Of a stretch of 64,000 nt of DNA, positions 13,658-24,413 are shown piece after piece. The position numbers and the translations under genes are program-made. The DNA comes from Pseudogymnoascus verrucosus (Eukaryota): the NCBI GenBank assembly GCA_001662655.1, contig KV460207.1; one strand, 5' to 3'. Under the pieces are notes generated by a model that worked only from the letters and a program-made list of their open reading frames with translations, was not told where the DNA came from and ran no database searches. The first letter of the stretch is position 1. Each line of letters begins with the position of its first letter.

Positions 13658-13689
13658 AAATCATAACACAAGTCCAGACTACTACTCCT

Positions 13690-14758
13690 TGATCAGAAAG
13701 TTGCATGTTGCTTGGTGCATGACGCACACTTACCAAGGAAGAAACGAGAGCAGCTATGCTTGTGGAGGAAAATTCAGAAGGTCCAGGAAGGATGTACCTC
13801 CGGACACCACCATATTATACCAGAGGCCAAGAAGTTACCATCAGAGGGAGGCAGTCTTTTGTGCCACAGAGGCGGAGAATCTTCTATAGAGCTATAGAAT
13901 TTTCTGGTTAAGTATAAGTGAAAGCCGGCATGGCATGAACCGGAGGCAACGTAGCTAACAAAGGCCCGGGATAGGCATGTCAGGGGATTGTTCAATTCCA
14001 CAGCTACGACGTTGTTGCTAGTACTGAGGACCTTCGAAGAGGCCTAATTTTTAGTCCGTCGCAACAGTTTAAGGATACAGAAGCTGTAGAACAGACTGCA
14101 GAACCAAACGAGTGAGCGCAGCAGTCATCGGTGCGAACGCTCTGCTTGAATCACTTGAAGAAAACCGACCTAACCTCCTTAAAAGCACTGGGTTCCGCGG
14201 TACGATTTTCAGCTGCCTGATTATTTCACCCCCAGGTCTTTCAATCTTCAAATACACTGACCTATACCAGCTTCTAAAGGTCTTTAGCTATGCCACCAAA
14301 GGCCACACTAGTTGATGTCGACATGGCCTAGGATACCGCTCGCAGTCCAACTCCTTAAGGCTCTATGGTAGGAACTTCGCCCTTCATGGCCATCGGCGCT
14401 CTCGAAGCATACATTCAGAATAACCCACGCACCTACCCCCATGACCTCAAGTCCTTCTTCTACGTTTGTCTCTTCATCGCCATCTGCCCACGCAAAGAAG
14501 ACGGCACCAAAACCGCTCGACACAAGCCGGCTCTCGCAGTGGAGGCAGGAAGGATTTGAGGCTATCTTGGAGGAAATTTCGCTGGGGTTTTCGTGTTTGA
14601 AAGAGTTAGCAAGGACATTGAGGGAAGTTTTGTTTCCACTGAGGGATGGCAAAATTTGGACGTGGACTGACATGTCTCCAGAAGGGACGGATAATCTTTA
14701 TGACGATATGATGGGGGCGTTTAAGGATGGACTTGATTGTATTCCTGTTTCCGCATAG
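13690..14758 (+). pseudogene. FunK1 (fungal-type protein kinase) relic
   Basis: Collinear fragments split by stops and frameshifts: LVKYK*KP..EAT*LTKARD, STEDLRRGL, FSCLIISPPGLSI..LLKV..ATKGH, GTSPFMAIGAL..RTYPHDLKSFFYV (compare GTxPFMA..HTYRHDLESFFYV) and LKELARTLREVLFP..LYDDMMGAF. Confidence 0.8.
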
Positions 14759-15432
14759 CCTCGATACCCAACAACATCTTTGATTGCTGAAACAAAAGCG
14801 TCAGGCTCTATCTTTCCCTTTTTGTCGTGGTGGGCGCCGAAAAAAAAATGACATCTCAGTTGTCGCATTATTAATATATTGTTTACAGAGGGAGGGGAGT
14901 TGATATATATATATTTCAACATCAGTGAATAAATGAACGTGGAAATCTGACGGAGGAGATAGCTAGGTTTCTAGGGCCAAAAACTCGGTGTTTCTCCAAT
15001 CTCCAACCGGGTTTCCCAACAGATCGCCCCATAGAGCTTGTTGGTTGTATAGATCCTATCCTAACATACAGAAACTCTAAAATAAGCGCTGCTAAGGGTA
15101 GATGATACCAAAGATATGAAAAGCACCGCGGGGAAATACAGCAATTCTGTGGTGTGGTAGGCTGGCGCAAGATCATCTACTCTGACTCCGCTAACAGTTG
15201 CCCCGACCCGCCTAGCGCTAGTAGCCGTGCGGGGTTTGGTTTGGCTAGCAGGGTCCGGGCACCGCTTGGGCGGTAGGTGGTAGGTGGGGTAGCAATGAGA
15301 TGAAAAGCAGCGCGGAATGCACTCGAACTGCGTTACCCTCCACCTTCGCCCAAACCCAAACACACCTCTTTCCAAATCTCCGTTAGGCAAAAGTGAGACG
15401 GTCTCCACTAAGAGCAGAACAAAACAACACTC

Positions 15433-17167
15433 ATGGCCCTTCCTAGTAGAGCATGTGACCCTTGCAAGCGTCGGAAAGTCAAATGCGACACAGAGAAGCC
15501 CTGTGCCAACTGCCGCATCTCTCGACTCAGCTGCGAATATAGGATTCCGACCAAGAGGCGTGGCCGCAGACCCAATAAGACACTGTATCTACTAATGGAT
15601 GGTGACGGGAATGACAAGGTGCACTCTTCCCCACGAACTCCACAACACTTCCCTGAGCCTCATAGTCCACTCTTAAGTCCCACATCTACCGTTTGCAGCA
15701 TTTGTACGCCTAGCCTACTTTCGATTGACATCTCCCACGATGTCAGCAGAATCAACACTAACTTAGTTAGCGTGGTGAACGGCATTATAGCTCCTACGGC
15801 CATCTCTGAACTAGTCTATGACTGCATCAACCTGTTCATGCAATACCTGTTCCCAAACATGCCCATTGCTCATGAACCTACCCTACGAGCTGCTGTTTCA
15901 CTACTCTCCTACGGCAGTCATGCAGACTTCATTAGCCAGTCGACCTTCTTAGACATGAAGCTACAACTTGCATACCTGCGACCGTTCACACTTATCACCG
16001 CTCTCTACGCGTTCGTCACGTCTACGATGCTAGAGTCGCTAGTTCCGCTATAAGCTCAATTAGTAGCACCCTTCCTGCAGTTGTCCCTAGCTATGTTGAG
16101 ACTATACAAGAGCTATGACCTAGGGAACCTAGATTCAACTTCCTTAACCATTCGAATATGGCACTCTACAGCTTTATAGAACATGACGGGTAAGCTCGGT
16201 ACGACACATCATTATTATAGAGAGGCAGCGCTCCTTAGCCTCAGACTTAATTTGCACAACGAGACGGCTGTCTAGAGCAACTCCGCAGTAGAATTACAAT
16301 TACTACGACTAAACTTCTAGCAGCTATACTACGTAGATAAGTCTACAGTAGCTTTAGAAACCTAGAACCCCGTCTTAAACGACTTCACCCTTAGTAGCGA
16401 CTTTAGCCTGCTAGAACATAGCAGCTATAAAGTGTCCCTTCTTACTAAGAACTAGAAGTATTATAAAGGCCCTTTAGAATAACGTCTCTTAATTAGTTTC
16501 TACCTTAGGCATTACATTTAGTCGTTAACATCTAACTTAGTCGTTAGTATTAAGTCCTATGCACATTGTAAGAAATGGCCTATAAATAAGGATACTAAAT
16601 TACTTGAATTAACATAGCTAGCTAATGTATACATAGTTTTTATAGGAATAGTAGATGAAATTCTAGCCTAGCTATAGTATCTTCACGCTCCTAGTAAGCT
16701 TACTAACGACAATGTCGCTAAATACTATAGAACTTACTTTTAGACGCAAAGGAGTAACATTATAACGGTTTTTCATTACTTAAAAATTGTCATCTTAGAA
16801 AAATATATTAGGTATAACATCCCTTCCATTATAGGGCTAGATAAAAATCAACCGTTATAGGTAATTAGAACGCTAGAAATTGCACGAGACTTTCTATACG
16901 AGCTTAAGGTTGTGCCTTTTATATACCTTAAAGTGCTTAGTAAAGCAATAGTAAGTACCTAGTTATTATTCACATCATTTTAGCAAGATCTAAACTATGT
17001 AGGTAGAACGCATCTACTACGTTAGGAGTATCCTCCTATAGCTAGCTCATAACGCTATTAACAGAACTATTAAGGTATAAGTAGATTCTATTTTTATATA
17101 GATCTTAGAAATACTAACGAAACTAGATTCTAAGGCATCTAATGAGCTTAACGAAGAGAAAGCATAA
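15433..17167 (+). pseudogene. Zn(II)2Cys6 transcription factor inactivated by RIP-like mutation
   Basis: Intact cluster CDPCKRRKVKCDTEKPCANCRISRLSC. The same frame continues past 16053 through the middle homology region (..QLLRLNF*QLYYVDKS), with TAA/TAG where Gln or Trp is expected. Confidence 0.9.
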
Positions 17168-17719
17168 TGCCTACACTTACTAAACCCATCTATTGACGAG
17201 CACCTAGTAGGAGCAGTCTCTCCTTAGACAATTAGCTAAAGATTCAAATCACTTTCATTAGACTTACTCTTTAGAACCCCCTATATTAGAATAAGTTAGT
17301 AAATGACACTTAGGTAGCAGGGCTAATATTAGGCTTCATAAGATCAGAATCTTCTATAGGTAAAGTAGGTATCTACAGATACTTTAGCAAGTAGGCGAGC
17401 CTTAATTCATAAAGCTTTAATAATTACTATAGACGAGATAAATAAGTTAGGTATAACCAAAAGGTAACAACATATGACCTCTATATAATACATAGGGACT
17501 GTTGTTGCAAATTCCCTAAACGACAGTCGTAATATATGTTAATCTACTCGCGCACAGTTTTCAAATCCAGCTATATTTCAGGCACCGTTTCCGTCACCCT
17601 AGGGACTTAAATAGCCGTTTTAATATCTTTTCTTGCTATGGTCTAAGGCTAGAGTAGAGGCTAAGGGAAGAAAAGAAGGTAATGTCTGACTAGGTTGGAT
17701 CAAGAGTCCTTATGGTCCC

Positions 17720-19651
17720 CTACGCGTTGTTCTTTGGCTGATAGTAGGTCTTGCCATCAAGTGTCGTTGTTAGGGTGCCATTGGCCTCCAATAAATTCTT
17801 TCGGAGGTTCATTTGAATTTGAAATCCACCAGGGCTAGTTTCCTTAACGCCTTTGACTTTTCCCCGCTGAACAATGTTGGAACGCCAGTCGTTGAGAACG
17901 GTCCAAGTATCGAGGTACTCCAGTGATATGTCCTCAAATCCATTTAGAATGTTCTCTCCGTCTTCAGAGAGGTTGTGGAGATCAACCCTGACTCGGTTGA
18001 AACGGGTTGAATTGGCGTTGGCATAGATGGCCACGTCAGCGTAGCCACAGTGCTTGCCTTTGTAGGTGTACTTGCCCGGCGAAATGGACTGTCGTACCGG
18101 CAGTTCCATGCCAGGAACATAGGGTATTGCCCAAGGAATAACATCGGGACCGATGTCGAACTTGGGCACCGGATACGGCTTGCGACTGGTAAATGTTGCA
18201 ATCATGATACGCGTAGTGCGTCCGTCGGGCTCGGTTGATACAGGGCACGGAAGTGGATTCTCACCACCACAGGCGGGTGTCTTGACGAGCGTCTCGTAGT
18301 ACATCAGGCGAGTGCCATCAAGAGAGAACTGCGGGTCCGCCCTGGCGTTCCAGTTAGGATCGTTTATGGATCCGGGACTACCATCACCACCAGCGTTGAT
18401 CGTCTGGCCAAAGTAGTCACCTCGGTCGCCATACTTATCAATCAGTATCGGCCGGAAGAAGCGGCGCATGCCATTGTTTCGAACCGAAGCGCAGATACCG
18501 GATGTAACAAGGTCAGATAGCGGTGGGATCCCCCGCATGCCTGACATGAACATTTGACGATCCGTTCCACGCGTATCCAGGACTGCTGTCCACTCATCAT
18601 CAGCCGAGATGTCCATTGGATCGACGTACTCTGGGTGCGAAGTCAAGCGGCGGACAGCACCAGTCAACAAGTTCACAGCAAAACCATCGAAGTTGCACGC
18701 CTCCATAGGGTAGCCAATATAGGTGAACTCCTTGCCGCTACCGCTAAAACCGCGCAGCTCGCCAATCTCGGGGACTGATTGATTAATCTTTAACTCGTTG
18801 CCCTCGGCATAGAGGACCCCATTTCCCGTGGCCGGCTGGAGAATGCTAACGTTAGATAGGTCGTACCGCGGCACCCGCGGTTCCCCTGTCGTAGGCACAG
18901 GATTGAACGTGAGCCGACCGTAGAAGCTGTTCTGTCCATTGCCGTCGAAGCTGCTCCAGGACAAGTGGTGGTCGCCTGGGTGGAGGCGTAGTTCACGCAT
19001 AGCTCCTGTACTGCCCGATCCGTCACCAGTCACCGGCCAGTAGATAGGATAGATGTAAGTGTTGTTGGGCGTGACTAATTCGCTGTCTACCGGGTAGCCA
19101 CCTGTCTCGACAATGTTGGTTCCCACAAGAAACCTCTTGCCGTCCTTGAAGACTCGAGGGTAATCCAATAAATCTTTATTGCGGCCGAGCTGGCTCGCCG
19201 CAGGGACGCCGCAAGTGATGCACTTCCATGGGTCTCCACTGGAAAACGTTGTGTTATCTGTCTTGAGAAGAATGATGTGCTCGCCGCTATATATACTGGC
19301 AGGGTCAGGCTGGGCTGGGGCGCCTGTGAAGTTGACAGTGACAACTATGGCCGTACCATCTGGGGTGAAGGTACCTCCCTGGGGAAGTGAATCGTCTCCT
19401 GTTAATACAATCCGGAGACAACCAGTGCCATTGGGGTTGATATCCTTAGTACACGCGCCAACCTCATCGCTAACGATTGAAGGTGGTAAGGGCAGCTTGA
19501 TAATAGATATCGGCTCTGGGACTGGAGGCGGAGGATATGTTTCAACGTTATGAAGTTGGCAGCTAGAAGACGCGCTGGAACTTTTGCTAGCCTCCGATAT
19601 GCTGGCCAGAAGGCAACCAGCAATGGTCAGCGAAGTGCCGGAGAAGCGCAT
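17720..19651 (-). CDS. Secreted saponin-hydrolase-like glycosidase (643 aa, intronless)
   Basis: Signal peptide followed by PPPPVPEPISIIKLPLPP..GACTKDINPNGTGC, FSSGDPWKCITCG and VRRLTSHPEYVDP. These recall fungal proteins annotated as saponin hydrolase precursors. Family call is from memory. Confidence 0.75.
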   Translation of the reverse strand: MRFSGTSLTIAGCLLASISEASKSSSASSSCQLHNVETYPPPPVPEPISIIKLPLPPSIVSDEVGACTKDINPNGTGCLRIVLTGDDSLPQGGTFTPDGTAIVVTVNFTGAPAQPDPASIYSGEHIILLKTDNTTFSSGDPWKCITCGVPAASQLGRNKDLLDYPRVFKDGKRFLVGTNIVETGGYPVDSELVTPNNTYIYPIYWPVTGDGSGSTGAMRELRLHPGDHHLSWSSFDGNGQNSFYGRLTFNPVPTTGEPRVPRYDLSNVSILQPATGNGVLYAEGNELKINQSVPEIGELRGFSGSGKEFTYIGYPMEACNFDGFAVNLLTGAVRRLTSHPEYVDPMDISADDEWTAVLDTRGTDRQMFMSGMRGIPPLSDLVTSGICASVRNNGMRRFFRPILIDKYGDRGDYFGQTINAGGDGSPGSINDPNWNARADPQFSLDGTRLMYYETLVKTPACGGENPLPCPVSTEPDGRTTRIMIATFTSRKPYPVPKFDIGPDVIPWAIPYVPGMELPVRQSISPGKYTYKGKHCGYADVAIYANANSTRFNRVRVDLHNLSEDGENILNGFEDISLEYLDTWTVLNDWRSNIVQRGKVKGVKETSPGGFQIQMNLRKNLLEANGTLTTTLDGKTYYQPKNNA

Positions 19652-20038
19652 GGTCTGACAACGGACTCGGAAATGAGGACGTCTTTAAGATGAGATAGTA
19701 AAAGTTGCTGGTTGCTCTATCTATCATGCCATAAACCGGGGGTCCTGTCATTGGGGTTTATATATTCCAACTCCTAGTCAAAGCTGTTTGCGGACTAATC
19801 TGTTTGCACCTTCTTGGCTTTTTCACGGCACAAGAGGCATTATCGTTGCTCTCTATACTCTCGATTGGTTCGGTTTCTTCAGCATACGAGACCCATCATT
19901 TAGTTCACAAGATTGTTCACAAGTGTATGGACTTCACGACATAGAAAATCTGGGGTCCCCAGACCCCAGATTTTCCAGGGGTACTCCAAACTTTGAAATA
20001 GCGATGATTCGCTCCCTTGCCTCCTACCATGTCTGCTA

Positions 20039-20072
20039 AACGCGTATAGGTGCTGAACGCGTATAGGTGCTG
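20039..20072 (+). repeat. Perfect 17-bp tandem duplication (AACGCGTATAGGTGCTG x2), possible DNA-transposon end relic
   Basis: Seen directly. A 17-bp tandem unit also occurs inside the pogo TIRs at 35105. Confidence 0.6.
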
Positions 20073-20469
20073 GAGACTAGTGTTCCGACGCGTCTAAAAA
20101 AAACTCCGTGGAGAAAACATAGGATGGTAAAACTCCGTGGGCCCTTGTCTCCATCCGTTTTAAGGTTAGCCTGCCTTACTAAAGAGAAACGACTAACACA
20201 TTATAACTGATATTGGGGTTCAATTCAATGGTGAACCTTGTCAACATCTTGAACTCCGCGGAATATTAGTTTTAGTCGACTAATAAGATCTCAACTGTCT
20301 ATAAGCCCGCTTTTATGCCCTCTAAATAGCAAATCAACTTGCAGGGGGACGGATCATACAGCTGAGATGCTAGTGTATTTCCACCCCTAAACATTTCGAG
20401 ATGTCACATGCGCCTTGGTTCAGTAAGCATCGGTAAAAGCTAACGCGAGCTAAATGGTCTGCAAAATGG

Positions 20470-21183
20470 TTTTCGGCATGCGACGAGACTCTCGACCCTT
20501 GCGCCTGGACATTGTGCTGCAACCGGCACTGACACTAAGACTAAACTGCAACGAGTTGGACATACCATTAGTATATCGCATGCTGCTGTGATCCAAATGT
20601 GTGAAAATGATTTTCGGCCTTCCTAGCGTGGTTCAATATCCATTGTTCTCAACGATCATATTTACGAGCCATGTTATGGGACAATAACCGCCGACATGGA
20701 GGCTGCTCAGCGCCGCATGGAATTGATATTGCCTGGTTTGGAGACCCTATTTTCTTAGGAGGAGATTATTCGGCCGCAATGCGGAATCAACTTGGATCAC
20801 GCCTTCCAGAATTTACGCCCTCAGAAAGAGAATACCTTCGTCAGTCTACGTCTATCGATGTATTTTATAGGGTGAATCATTGTTCCACAAAATACACTCG
20901 TGGGCTAGCAGGCCCGTCAGCAGATGATGATTGGACACAAAACATTGAAGAATACCCTATTAATAGTCAGAGTAGGGAGACTGGGCCGCCGTTGGGTTTG
21001 GACTGGCTACGAGTAGCTCTAGAGGGTCTTCGGAAGCTCCTGGACTGGGTATCGAATCGCTATCACTTACCGATTATGATAACGGAGAACGGATGTCTAT
21101 GCCCTAGTGAGACAGATCTTGATACTGCAGTGCATGATACCTTTCGCCAAAGTTACTTCGGACTATGTCTAGATGCCACTTAG
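20470..21183 (+). pseudogene. Glycoside hydrolase family 1 beta-glucosidase fragment
   Basis: LAPGHC..VGHTISISHAA..S*RGSISIVLNDHIYEP..AAQRRME, then a frameshift, then WFGDPIFLGGDY..LGSRLPEFT..WLRV..GLRKLLDW..IMITENG (GH1 nucleophile motif). No N-terminal half is visible and the C-terminus is truncated. Confidence 0.88.
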
Positions 21184-21841
21184 TTTTAATTATATCCCAG
21201 AGTCTTTAAATATACTAGCAATAGGAGGTTTAAGGTTTAGTTTTTTAGAGGATGAATGGGGCCATAACGCTACTGTTTGCCAAATGAAACACAATAGCAG
21301 GGTTGAGACGAGTATAACTTTGCATGAAATAATTTAACTGATCTGAAATATAAATATAAATACCTTCTAACGCGCCCTCATCACAAGACGTATTGTATTG
21401 CAACATTAGCTCAGATGGCTCGGCTACTTAATGGCCCACTGTACAAGGGCACTCCTCGAGTCCTATATTTGTAGAGGCTTCTTACTGCGATCTAGGTCAC
21501 AATTCGAATATTGTTTTTTAGAGAAATGAAGAGTCGGGGAAGTATAAGTGATAGGTCAATGGGACCGCCGTAGTAGAACACTTGCGTGGATATAAAGGAC
21601 TATATAGTATTAAGTGGCCTTTCTTCGTACCTTTCTTCGATTTTCTAACATTGTAACGCCGATAACCACGAATTCGATCGGACACTAGAAACCATCAACA
21701 CGTAAGATAAGCGGTCCAAGTGACCTTTCAATTTTGATAGTACAGCTAAGTATATCTATTACGGCCCAACCGTGAGCTGTGCCCGCTCATGAGCGCGTTT
21801 AACTCACGATCGGGCGGAACATATTCTTTCATTGTCTGCAA

Positions 21842-23951
21842 CTAGGGCTTTACGACAATAATCATCGTCCTAATGATTTGCTTGGACCATTTGCTGGACA
21901 CTCGTGACATATTTCTGCATTCCCCAGGCCGGCACATGCTTCTCGTACATCTCGTCAATTTCCGCAGCATTGCGTTGGGAGCAGTCAGGAAGGTAGAATA
22001 CGAGTCCAGCAAACGCAAACAAACCGGTGCCGAAGAAGAGCCACGCGGACTTGTAGCCCTAGTTGGCGCCATTGACATCGACTATGAACTATTAGATTCT
22101 TTCCTCTGCGAAGCATACCATCGTCGTTGAAAGAACTTACGCATAAGCGGGACTGTAGTATTGAAAATGAGACCGATAACAACAGACATGGCCATTGCAA
22201 CACCAGCCGTTCTGGCACGAAGCCTCTGGGAAGCAACTTCACCAATGAACGCACCTCCCAGACTCCCGGCTGTAGTCAATATTAGTCATTTGCGCTACAT
22301 GCTATGGCTTATTGGAGAACTTACTAATGCTGTTGAAGAACGACCAGACACATGCAACAAAAATGAGGAAGTTCATTAAAGGCTGCATTTGATGAACGAG
22401 TCCAAGGATCCCGACGATGAACAATGTGATCATGCAAAAAGCAAGAGCGACCAAGGTCAGCCGTCGGCGGCCGATAATGTCAGAACCTAGTACTAGACAA
22501 ATAGCAGCAAGCAGTTGAATACAGCCTTCGACCCAGACAAGATAGTTAGCAACGTAGTTCTCATAGAAAACAAAGGCACTCTGAGGACAACTTACAAAGA
22601 ATGGTTGTAATGAGGAAAGCATTTTTGAAACCACTCTGCTTAAAGAAAAGGCTGGCATAGGTGTTAAGAAACGACAATCCAGAGAGCTGTTGGGCAAACG
22701 AGGGCATGGCGGCGCCAAAAGTGCGGCGAAGATTTGTTCCCTTGAAGCATTCGACATAAGAGTATAGTATTCGCTTCTAGCTTATTCTTGCGCCTCCTAT
22801 TTCTTCATCGATCGCGCGCTCATGCAGGATGGTATTCTTGATAATAGCATACTCGGCGTCGACATCATAGCCCTCTACATTGCCATTCACGCGACGAAGG
22901 GTCGCTTTGCCTTTCTCGTCTTGGCCTCTGGCAGCAAAGTATGCTGTAGAAGTATCAGTAACGAAGAGAAATGGCAATGGGCATCAAGCTGACTCACCAG
23001 CAGTCTCGGGAAGATAGATAAAGATGGGAAGCATGATACCCAAGAGCGCCCACTGTGTCAAAATCGGCAGTTTGTAGTCCATGGGGTTGTTCTTCTGAAC
23101 CAGCACGAGAACTAGGTTTGCGAGGAATTTCCCAATCGTATTCCAGAAACCGTATGTGACAGTCATAGCGCCTCTAATGTTGGCTGGTGCCCATTCCATG
23201 ATATAAACAGGGAGTGTTGCTTGAATGGCGCCGACACCAGCACCCGCAAGAATCTTGGCGCCAGTCCAATCGCTCCAGTCGCGAACGAGGGTTTCAATGA
23301 CGAGAGACTGTATGCACATAGTATTCCAGTTAGACATTGTTTTTTTCCCTTCACGGTTGACAGTAGAGGTGGTCACTTACGCCAGCCAGTATGACCCATA
23401 ACACGTACAAGGTCATCTTTCGGCCGATCCTGTCCGAGATGGGGTTTAGGAGGAGCTGGCCAAGCAGTTGACCGAGAGATTGCATAGCTCCCCACAGGGA
23501 AGTATACTGGGCCTTCAGCGCATATACGCCTTCACTGTTTGGAAATCCGAGTTTTTGAGTGAATCCCTGATTGGCGATGATGCCACCTGCAAACCCATTG
23601 TTAGCACATCTAAGAATGAGAAGGCGTATAAGTGAACTTGAGATGACCATTTAAGTTGATTTGGTATCCATCTGCTGCTGCTGCAATACACATGAGGTTG
23701 CAGATGAGTACGGCCTGCTAAAGTCAGCCATTATAATGTTGCAGCAAGCCAAGGGGATTTAGGGTGTCGATGATCTCCTCTACCTTTCGAAATTTCCAAG
23801 CCGTCTGCCATTGACTAAGTTTATCCTGCTCTGACTTCAGGACCAAAGTAGGCTTTTCGTTGGACATTTCGAGTGAGTTGTGGTCGTCCTCGATATGCTG
23901 GACCTCGTCTGTAACTGTGTGCTCTGTCTTGTTGTCCATTGGTGCATTCAT
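21842..23951 (-). pseudogene. MFS sugar porter (maltose/alpha-glucoside permease-like), multi-exon, with one in-frame stop
   Basis: Sugar-porter motifs SDRIGRK, YIMEWAPANIRG, YLPET, ECFKGTNLRRT and GEVASQRLRART. In-frame TAG at 22779-22777 in ..ARIS*KRILYSYVECF. Confidence 0.82.
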
Positions 23952-24413
23952 CCTGTCTGCCTTGTAGATCAGTGGTTGTGCGAGAATGGGATTCTCATAA
24001 CCCTTTTATTCCTTTTGGCGAGGGTCTATCGCAGGTAGATCGACCGAGTTGGAAGTGTCACCATTGACTTCTCCACGCGGGGTCCCGCTGATTGAATCCA
24101 GAACCTTTTGCAAGGAAATCTCTCAAAATACGATGATCTGGAGCTTGTGGTTTGCGTCAGCGTTTTGGCGTTTTGGGCACTCAGCTATTTTGGAAAAAGG
24201 ATGTCACATGACAAGACAAAAGGATTTAATCATATTGTTGCACCGAACTTAAAGGGTTGGTTGGGAATATAAGAACATGTACGTACCCCATACTCGGACC
24301 GGGTCAGTCAACCACTTTTATGGAATCTAAATTGGACTAGCAAGTCATCAATAATATTACTACTATAATCTCCCAAGACTCCGCGTCCTGCTGATTAATT
24401 ACCAAGGCTATTT

